Shown one piece after another: positions 1 to 5,963 of a stretch of 11,676 nucleotides of DNA (the first letter of the stretch is position 1; the number at the start of each line of letters is the position of its first letter). The notes beneath the pieces were generated by a model. That model was not told the origin of the DNA, made no database searches, and saw only the letters and a list, made by a program, of their open reading frames with translations. Source of the DNA: Promethearchaeia archaeon. Its GTDB lineage: Archaea; Asgardarchaeota; Lokiarchaeia; Sigyniarchaeales; SOKP01. The stretch is from NCBI GenBank assembly GCA_046497275.1, contig JAWOFX010000185.1, forward strand, positions 1 to 11,676. Direction: 5' to 3'. The position numbers and the translations under genes are program-made.

Positions 1-282
1 AAACCAATTTTGAAAGAAGAGCAAGGAAAATTTTATCAGAAGGGATTCATTTTTTCAGATGTCGGAGAGAGCCAAATCGCTCCATATGTGAGTGAGTTAG
101 AAGAAAGAAATCCAGAATTATGGATTAAAACACATCCTAGAGTAGGATTAGCTGTAGAAGTTGAGATTTCAATCACATGTTTTGATAAACCCAAATGTGA
201 AGAATTGATAAATAAAGTGTTAGATAAATTAAAGAATATTGTCCAAAATATAGGTGGAACAATTAAAAAAAAGTATGAATAA
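1..282 (+). CDS. 3' end (5'-truncated) of a probable archaeal CinA-like / molybdopterin-binding-domain protein
   Basis: The frame is open from base 1 (KPILKEEQ...) to TAA at 280-282. The segment 'GESQIAP...EL...PELWIKTHP' resembles the C-terminal 'ESxxAP...IKSHP' domain of archaeal CinA-like proteins. Only the tail is visible. Confidence 0.55.
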   Translation, partial: KPILKEEQGKFYQKGFIFSDVGESQIAPYVSELEERNPELWIKTHPRVGLAVEVEISITCFDKPKCEELINKVLDKLKNIVQNIGGTIKKKYE

Positions 283-331
283 AAAGAGTTCAATTCCTTT
301 ATTGATTAATAAAACAAGGGATAATTAAATT

Positions 332-409
332 TTGATGACACCTTGCGGGTGTTAATACTCGATAAGCTCTCGCAATTTATTGCGTTTCAGTTTATTTCAT
401 CGTCATCAA
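332..409 (-). promoter_or_regulatory. Putative SECIS element in the selD 3' UTR
   Basis: Starts immediately after the selD stop. On the - strand: AUGAA (400-396) and CGAG (361-358) form a non-Watson-Crick core. Helix AUAAACU (395-389)/AGCUUAU (368-362) pairs 6 of 7. Unpaired GAAA at 388-385. Apical stem CGCAA/UUGCG with a UAAA loop (384-371). Outer closing stem UUGAUG (409-404)/CAUCAA (337-332). It follows a gene with an in-frame UGA at the catalytic position. Confidence 0.75.
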
Positions 410-1441
410 TTAATATTTTGTTATTTCTAAAAATTCAACATCATCAGATACTCTAACAACACCAGGTTTTTTTTTATCTATAGTTCCAACAATCCAATTT
501 GGCACATTTGAGTTTGAGAGGGTATTTGTGAATTCTTCAATCATTTTATTATCGATAGCTAAGAGCATACCACCAGCGGTTTCATGTGCTCGACATTCTT
601 CAAAGGCGTATCCTAAATCAGCAGATAATTCTCTTGAGAGGTTAATAGAAGGAACCCTCTCAATAATCGCCGAGAGATTTGAATGTTGGAGTAACTCTTT
701 TGTATGACCGGCTAAGCCAAAGCCAGTTATATCTGACATAGCGTGAACAAATGAAAAATCTTTGAATGAATGGATTGCTTTCACTACATCTTGATTGGGT
801 GTGGTCATAACTTTAATCGCTATATCAATGGATTTTTGTAGCTCAGTGTTAGAATATGTTTCTAGAATTTCTGGCATATCCTTCAAAACACGATAAGCAG
901 CCATAACTCCTTGTAGACCAATCGGTTTAGTAATTACTAATTTATCCCCATTTCTAACTCCACTCTTCCTTATAATGATATCTTTATCTACGATACTCGA
1001 GGCTTCACCACCCATTAAAGGCCAATCGCAATATATAGTGTGTCCTCCGACTACTTTTGAGTTAATCTTATTCTCCATAAAGTGTTTGATACCATTAAGA
1101 ATTCCTTCAGCAATTTCAGTGGGTGTATTTGTATTAATTGCTAAAAAGACAAGCATTCCCCCGTTGATTTCAGGTACATTCATAGCAAAGATATCATTTG
1201 TAACATTACATGCCGTAATTTCTCCTTGAATTTCTGGTTCATCAATAATCGGGGTGAATATATCTAAATTTTTCACTAAAACCATATTTGTTTTTAAGAT
1301 TGGAATAACGGCGGAATCTTCAATATCTCTCGCTAAACCTGTTCTCTGAAGAAGATTCTCTAAGCTATCTGGTCCGAGTTTACATGATCATCCGTGAATT
1401 TTTACCTGTGATGTGAGTCTATATTCGTTCTCTTTAGACAT
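410..1441 (-). CDS. selD: Selenophosphate synthetase (selenide, water dikinase), selenocysteine-containing; 343 aa with Sec18
   Basis: ATG at 1441, with GAGGT just upstream, is in frame with the 410..1285 ORF. It reads MSKENEYRLTSQVKIHG-[TGA 1390-1388]-SCKLGPDSLENLL...EDSAVI...KNLDIFTPIIDEP. G-U-x-C-K is the SelD active-site motif. Further SelD/PurM-fold motifs: DIFTPIIDEP, NDIFAM, GGHT, GDKLVITKPIG, DITGFGLAGH, ETAGGMLLA. Confidence 0.93.
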
Positions 1442-1524
1442 CAACCTCAGTCCTTTTTTTTCATTAACTTATATTATTTTATTAAATTAATTTATTTTTA
1501 AAATTTCTAATAGAGGAATTTAAA

Positions 1525-1878
1525 TCAAAAGAGTTGAATCAACTCTCTTTTTTGTGTAACCATTTCCTTCAATTTTTCCAAAATCCTATTTGCTTCTTCT
1601 AAAGATAGGTTAGATTGGGCTATATCGCCATTATCAAGGGACACTGCTCCAAGTATATGAGATCCTAAATAGCATTCTAAACATTTTATAGATGGATCTC
1701 TTGAATATTTAGAAATTGATAAAACTAAATCTTTACCGTATAATAATGATCGATTTTGATTCTCAGGATTAAAGAAATATAGATAATTATAATGTGAATC
1801 ATGAATATCAAATAGGATATAAGATTTATTATTATGTGTGAAAATATAGTGAATTCTTTTAATTTCCGTCTTTTTCAT
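1525..1878 (-). CDS. Hypothetical protein (117 aa) with a CxxC (CLEC) motif
   Basis: ATG-started ORF, co-oriented and 9 nt downstream of the preceding gene, with ordinary globular composition. No family recognised. Confidence 0.65.
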   Translation of the reverse strand: MKKTEIKRIHYIFTHNNKSYILFDIHDSHYNYLYFFNPENQNRSLLYGKDLVLSISKYSRDPSIKCLECYLGSHILGAVSLDNGDIAQSNLSLEEANRILEKLKEMVTQKRELIQLF

Positions 1879-1887
1879 TTTTTTTAT

Positions 1888-2124
1888 TTACAAATTTTTT
1901 AATATTGAGATATAATATTTATTATCATCTACTTGATTTCCCTCAACTCTATATCCGTTTTTGGAAAAAGGCTTTTTAATGTTGTCGAATTGCTCTCTAT
2001 TTGAATAAAATTCTAAAGACTCGCCTTTATTCAATTTTTTCAAATTTATTTTTAATTTTAACATTAAATTCGTACAAGTTAAATCGATATAATTTGGTAT
2101 TTCTTTCATTTCTTTCAGTGTCAT
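1888..2124 (-). CDS. Divergent TusA/SirA-like sulfur-carrier-fold protein (78 aa)
   Basis: Size and pattern ('IDLTC..L.LKLK..LKKLNKGE.LE...N......NI...F...GY.V......NKYYI.I') follow the TusA layout, but CPxP is replaced by CTNL. Confidence 0.55.
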   Translation of the reverse strand: MTLKEMKEIPNYIDLTCTNLMLKLKINLKKLNKGESLEFYSNREQFDNIKKPFSKNGYRVEGNQVDDNKYYISILKNL

Positions 2125-2172
2125 TTTTATATTATTTCAAAAACCTATTATTCATATTTTGTAAATTAATAA

Positions 2173-3420
2173 TTAATAGAAAATGATCCGTTTATGAGTT
2201 ATTGATTGATCTGGTCTAGATAGGATCATTCCTCCTAAGTTATTAATTTTTTCGATAATATTATTTAAATTATTCGCTAAATCTAAATTTCGCATTTTTA
2301 ATGAATCTTCAAAAACATAATAGTTTAAAAATTCCATATCCGAAGTCGCCATAATGATATCTTGGATATTAAATATTTTATTTTCTTCGGTAACTTTATG
2401 TTTAGTTGGTAAACAATAAGCACCATCTTCGATAAACACAAGTTCGGTAGGAATTTCATGGTTTGCACATGCCATGGCAAATGACAATCCTCCAAAAGTC
2501 CATTCCGACCCATATGGGCTATGTGTTATAAATACAATTATAGAAGGTTTACTAATTTTTTTATCAGGAATTTTTTGGACGGGGTCACTAAAAAATTGAA
2601 CAGATCCCCAAGAAGGTGCCAGAATTAAATTTGACTCTTCATATTCATCGATAATTCTATTTAAATTGCAAAACATATAATTTGGAATTACATCATCAGA
2701 TTGAATATATTTTTGGCTTTCTGGTTCTCGAATATGCCCTCGAGCGGTACCACATCGGGAACAAGATAACATTTTGAAATTTAGGTTATTTTTTTTTGCT
2801 TTTTGGTTCAAATAGACTAATTTTTTACCAATGTTCTCAAATTCCGATGGTCTTTGTCCTAAATGTCCTATATGTACTCCATCAAGATAAGTGAAAAATT
2901 TTGGATTTAAGTTATTATCAATCGCACTTTCCAAGAATTTTACAGCATTTACGGAAGTTCTGCTCATGTAAGGTCCTTGAAACTCTAAAAAACCTATTTG
3001 ATTCCCATAATTTTTAGCATGAGTAGCATTAATAAGAGTGTGCCAAAATTCTGATTCTTTTTTTATTTTAAGGTTCCCAAAAGGTATATTTCTGGATATT
3101 TCTTTTTTAGGAAAATATTTTTCACACCTATTAAATTTTAATCCTAATAAGGATAATTCTTCTGAATCCAAATAGCACTGAAAATTATTTTTTGAAATCA
3201 GTTTTAACCAAGATTCTTGATATCTCTTATCAATCAAACTGAAAAGTGCGTCTCCAGTTAGAAAGAATCTTATCTGATCTTTTTCATTAAAACCCGTAGA
3301 ATTCTTTTGATTTAAATTTTCTTCGGTTTCAATTTTATGAAAACATTCAGCCAACCATTCTATCCGTTCCAGTGGGATCTTTTCCATAAAAAGAAATAAT
3401 AATTCCTTTCTCTTTTCCAT
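2173..3420 (-). CDS. Three-domain DsrE/F/H-superfamily fusion (DsrH/TusB-like, DsrE/TusD-like, DsrF/TusC-like), 415 aa
   Basis: Three DsrEFH-fold signatures. N-terminal 'FFLTGDAL...CYLDSEELSLLGL' is TusB-like. Middle 'QGPY...FFTYLDGVH....Q.PSEFENIG...CSRCGTARG' is DsrE/TusD-like. C-terminal 'VFITHSPYGSE...LVFIEDGAY...YYVFEDSLKMRNL' is DsrF/TusC-like. Confidence 0.75.
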   Translation of the reverse strand: MEKRKELLFLFMEKIPLERIEWLAECFHKIETEENLNQKNSTGFNEKDQIRFFLTGDALFSLIDKRYQESWLKLISKNNFQCYLDSEELSLLGLKFNRCEKYFPKKEISRNIPFGNLKIKKESEFWHTLINATHAKNYGNQIGFLEFQGPYMSRTSVNAVKFLESAIDNNLNPKFFTYLDGVHIGHLGQRPSEFENIGKKLVYLNQKAKKNNLNFKMLSCSRCGTARGHIREPESQKYIQSDDVIPNYMFCNLNRIIDEYEESNLILAPSWGSVQFFSDPVQKIPDKKISKPSIIVFITHSPYGSEWTFGGLSFAMACANHEIPTELVFIEDGAYCLPTKHKVTEENKIFNIQDIIMATSDMEFLNYYVFEDSLKMRNLDLANNLNNIIEKINNLGGMILSRPDQSITHKRIIFY

Positions 3421-3454
3421 ATTTAAAAAAAAAATTTAAAAATTTCGTTTATTT

Positions 3455-3682
3455 CTATTGTATTGTTATTTTTAATTCCCACATACCAGGATCGAGTAAT
3501 TTTGATTCAATTTTATGTCCCTTCTTTTTTATATCAGTGGGAATTGTATCATTTGCCGCGGGTGGATGATCAGTTTTAACAACAAGTACATCTCCAGAAC
3601 TTAATTCTTTAACCTTATTTCTTACAGCTAATAAACAATAAGGACATACTTTACCAATAATATCCAACTCATATTCAGTCAT
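3455..3682 (-). CDS. TusA/SirA/YedF(YeeD)-family sulfur/selenium carrier with a CPYC motif
   Basis: 'LDIIGKVCPYC...GDVLVVKTDHPPA...IP......GH......G.WELKI' is a typical TusA fold. ATG at 3682 is preferred over GTG at 3694 because GAGGTG (3697-3692) then serves as the RBS. Confidence 0.85.
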   Translation of the reverse strand: MTEYELDIIGKVCPYCLLAVRNKVKELSSGDVLVVKTDHPPAANDTIPTDIKKKGHKIESKLLDPGMWELKITIQ

Positions 3683-3695
3683 TTTTTTATTCACC

Positions 3696-4196
3696 TCAAG
3701 GCATAATCATTTGAACTAATTGAATTATTACACCATGGAATAGAATCGCACCAACAATAGTTCCTGCTATGAAGAATAGGGATTTAAGGTTACCTTCAGA
3801 TGTCATAACAATCTGTCGTAGTGGACATCCTCCTAATAAGACTCCGATAAATCCCATTCCAAAACCTCCAATTATGGCTAAAACTACATAAGAGAGGTTT
3901 GCAAGTCCTCCAGGAGCTCCAGGGATGGGAGTTAAAGGATCAGCTTGATTTACTACCCAAAAGAAGTTAGGAAACGCAACTGGAACTATTGCCCAAAAAA
4001 TAAAATATCCGATGAAAGCACCGCCTATTAATGCCAAATATCCAAAGAATAATCTAGTATGTTTAAACATAAATAGGTCTCTTAGACCTCCAATTGAGCA
4101 AAATCCTGAACGCTGCGCTAGATATCCAATAATAAAGCCCAATATGAGTGTCATTATAGGAAGTACTAAGGCAGTGCTTGCAATAAGACCACTCAT
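3696..4196 (-). CDS. YeeE/YedE-family membrane transporter, C-terminal half as a separate gene
   Basis: Hydrophobic and Gly-rich, with motifs 'AQRSGFCSIGGLRD' and 'VLLGGCPLRQ...EGN'. These match the second half of selenium-associated YedE proteins as I recall them. Confidence 0.85.
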   Translation of the reverse strand: MSGLIASTALVLPIMTLILGFIIGYLAQRSGFCSIGGLRDLFMFKHTRLFFGYLALIGGAFIGYFIFWAIVPVAFPNFFWVVNQADPLTPIPGAPGGLANLSYVVLAIIGGFGMGFIGVLLGGCPLRQIVMTSEGNLKSLFFIAGTIVGAILFHGVIIQLVQMIMP

Positions 4197-4197
4197 T

Positions 4198-4713
4198 TTA
4201 TATACCCCTCCGTTTCATATAGAATAAAAGGAGAATCACTCCCACTGCTACTCCTCCCGCAATAGAAAAAATCCCTATTAATGCGATAAGATCTCCATAT
4301 GCAAATCTTAACGCTAATCTGTATGGACATGCTCCCACTAATAAGGCAAAATTAATCACCGCGATACCTCCGAGAAAGTATAAAATATAATTCAGAATTG
4401 AACTTTTTTTTAAACGAAATTCCTTTTTTCTCTTAGCAGCAAAATATCCTCCAATCAAAACTCCTACGATTGTTAGGACTGGAGTTGTTGCCGAAAAAGG
4501 AGCAATTCCTAAACTCGTTCCCATAAAAGCGTTTGTTATTGCATTTACCAAATCTCTAGTATGACATGCAACACAGAAACCATATGCTTCTGGTCCACCT
4601 GCGCTAATTAATAATGCTTGTATTAAAGCGGCAAGAAGTCCAATTATGATCCCTAAAAAAGCGGGAATTCTAATAATACTTAACAAACTTTTTTTTTCAT
4701 TCTCGTTTTTCAT
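4198..4713 (-). CDS. YeeE/YedE-family membrane transporter, N-terminal half as a separate gene
   Basis: Hydrophobic, with motifs 'GFCVACHTRD', 'G..IGG..AA...KEFR' and 'GACPYR...R...GDL.AL.G'. These match the first half of the selenium-associated YedE family (TIGR04112-like, from recall). Confidence 0.85.
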   Translation of the reverse strand: MKNENEKKSLLSIIRIPAFLGIIIGLLAALIQALLISAGGPEAYGFCVACHTRDLVNAITNAFMGTSLGIAPFSATTPVLTIVGVLIGGYFAAKRKKEFRLKKSSILNYILYFLGGIAVINFALLVGACPYRLALRFAYGDLIALIGIFSIAGGVAVGVILLLFYMKRRGI

Positions 4714-4765
4714 TTCAGAATCACTTTCTAAATACTTAAAAATTAAGAGAGAGAATTTTAAATTA

Positions 4766-4806
4766 CTTATAAATCTTTTCGATAGTGTTTATCGAAATAA
4801 TCGATA
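4766..4806 (-). promoter_or_regulatory. Putative archaeal promoter (BRE + TATA) for the yedE-tusA-dsr-selD gene run, with upstream TATCGATT motif
   Basis: The - strand reads CGAAAA (4781-4776)-GA-TTTATAAG (4773-4766), about 55 nt upstream of ATG 4713. TATCGATT lies at 4806-4799. Confidence 0.55.
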
Positions 4807-5142
4807 TATTTTTCAAAATAATTAAATTTGAAATAGATTAAAATTAACCTTGATATAGATATAAAAATTATATTTAAAAAGCAAAAATTATCCGAAAACT
4901 AATGAAAAGTAGTAAATTGATCTATTTTGGTTAATTATTTCTGAAGACCAAACGATCAATTAAAATAAATTATGAGATTTACATCATCATGAGTATTATT
5001 CACGAGTTGAGATCTTATTTCTTTATCAAAATTTAAGAAATAAACAAACTTAAAATTTGTTCTGGTTTTTAATTCGTCAATTTGAAAATATTTTGGAAAA
5101 CCATTATCTTTTAGTAATGATCTATTTCTTTAAATTTAGATT

Positions 5143-5183
5143 TATCGATTTATTAAATAAATAATTACGAAAATATTAATATA
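5143..5183 (+). promoter_or_regulatory. Putative archaeal promoter (BRE + TATA) for dsrE-tusA, with upstream TATCGATT motif
   Basis: TATCGATT (5143-5150), 17 nt, CGAAAA (5168-5173), TA, TTAATATA (5176-5183), about 60 nt upstream of ATG 5246. The geometry matches the opposite promoter. Confidence 0.5.
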
Positions 5184-5245
5184 TTCAGAAATATTTTTTT
5201 TATTAACAAGTATAATTTAGAAAAAATCGATTGAGTATTGAACAT

Positions 5246-5605
5246 ATGGCAGAAAAACAAATGATTTTTACAATCGCAATTGGAGATGGTGCGTACACAA
5301 AGGAAAGACCTTACACAATGTTACGGTTTGCCTATACTGCATTATTAACAGGCCATAAGGTTAATATTTTTCTTGTTGAAGACGGAATATTTGTAGGAAA
5401 AAAAAACCAAAATCCGACTACTTATGATAATATTGGCAAATGGTTAAGCGATGTAATTGAGGAAGGAGCAAATGTCAAATCATGTGGAGTGTGTATGAAA
5501 GCACGAGGAATGCCTGATGATGAACTAATGCAAGGAATTGAAAAAACAACCATGAATGGTTTTTTGGAAATGTGCGAAGAGGCAGATAAAATACTTTTCA
5601 GTTAA
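5246..5605 (+). CDS. DsrE/TusD-family sulfur-relay protein (119 aa)
   Basis: 'TIAIGDGAY...R...LRFA......GHKVNIFLVEDGI...KKNQNP...NIG..L......G..VKSCGVCMKARG' is a classic DsrE with CxxCxxARG. ATG 5246 is preferred over TTG 5231. Confidence 0.87.
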   Translation: MAEKQMIFTIAIGDGAYTKERPYTMLRFAYTALLTGHKVNIFLVEDGIFVGKKNQNPTTYDNIGKWLSDVIEEGANVKSCGVCMKARGMPDDELMQGIEKTTMNGFLEMCEEADKILFS

Positions 5606-5624
5606 ATAAATGGGTGTTTAAAAA

Positions 5625-5849
5625 ATGAGTAAGACAATATTAAAATGTGAAGGAATGGTCTGTCCTATGCCCGTTGCGAAGACTAAGCGCAAGTTGCGTG
5701 AATTAAATTCGGGAGATATACTTGAAATCACCGGAGATTTTGCTGAGGCATCTGAAAATATAAAACGATTTGTGGAGAAACAAGGGCATAAAGTCTTAGA
5801 ACATAAGATTGAGGGAGAGAATTATCACCTAAAAGTGAAAAAAGCATAA
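5625..5849 (+). CDS. tusA: TusA-family sulfurtransferase (74 aa)
   Basis: Canonical 'L.CEGMVCPMPV.KTKRKL..L.SGDILEITGD..EA.ENI.RF..KQGH.V' including the CPxP motif. Confidence 0.88.
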   Translation: MSKTILKCEGMVCPMPVAKTKRKLRELNSGDILEITGDFAEASENIKRFVEKQGHKVLEHKIEGENYHLKVKKA

Positions 5850-5857
5850 ATGTTAGA

Positions 5858-5880
5858 TTTTTCTTTCTTTTATTTTTTCT
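5858..5880 (+). terminator. Possible archaeal oligo-U terminator after tusA
   Basis: T-rich tract TTTTTCTTTCTTTTATTTTTTCT starting 9 nt after the stop codon. The background is AT-rich, so specificity is limited. Confidence 0.4.
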
Positions 5881-5963
5881 ATTACATTTCAGCTTAAGAA
5901 TAATTAAAATTAAGCTTGAAATTGATATTAGAATTGGATTTTAAAAATATTTTATCGAATAAA

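Noticed and set aside
36-293. 85-aa - strand ORF
   Set aside because: Antisense shadow of the CinA-like gene, with no motif.
975-1229. 84-aa + strand ORF
   Set aside because: Antisense to conserved selD coding sequence.
410-1285. SelD start at ATG 1285 as given by the ORF track
   Set aside because: It omits the catalytic G-U-S-C-K motif. The frame continues to ATG 1441 with an RBS and only one TGA, at the Sec position.
2125-2172. Possible Sec-containing N-terminal extension of the TusA-like gene (in-frame TGAs at 2139-2137 and 2154-2152)
   Set aside because: The extension is AT-rich, non-protein-like, has no redox motif or plausible start, and no second SECIS was seen.
2001-2513. ORFs 2001..2186 (+) and 2325..2513 (-)
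   Set aside because: They overlap better-supported genes antisense or out of frame, with low-complexity translations and no motifs.
3421-3454. CGAAAT-TTTTAAA and a T9 run between tusA(CPYC) and the Dsr fusion as an internal promoter or terminator
   Set aside because: The TATA-like element is too close to ATG 3420 for normal spacing, and T-runs are common in this AT-rich DNA. It cannot be resolved without transcript data.
3696-3698. TGA stops at 3696, 1525 and 9081 as possible Sec read-through sites
   Set aside because: Read-through adds only 2-21 unconserved residues before another stop, the proteins already look complete, and no SECIS-like element follows.
4012-4227. 71-aa + strand ORF
   Set aside because: Antisense shadow of the YedE halves.
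5886-5922. Inverted repeat ATTTCAGCTTAA...TTAAGCTTGAAAT between convergent genes
   Set aside because: AT-rich and bulged. It is at most a terminator-associated hairpin, with no SECIS core and no upstream UGA gene to serve.
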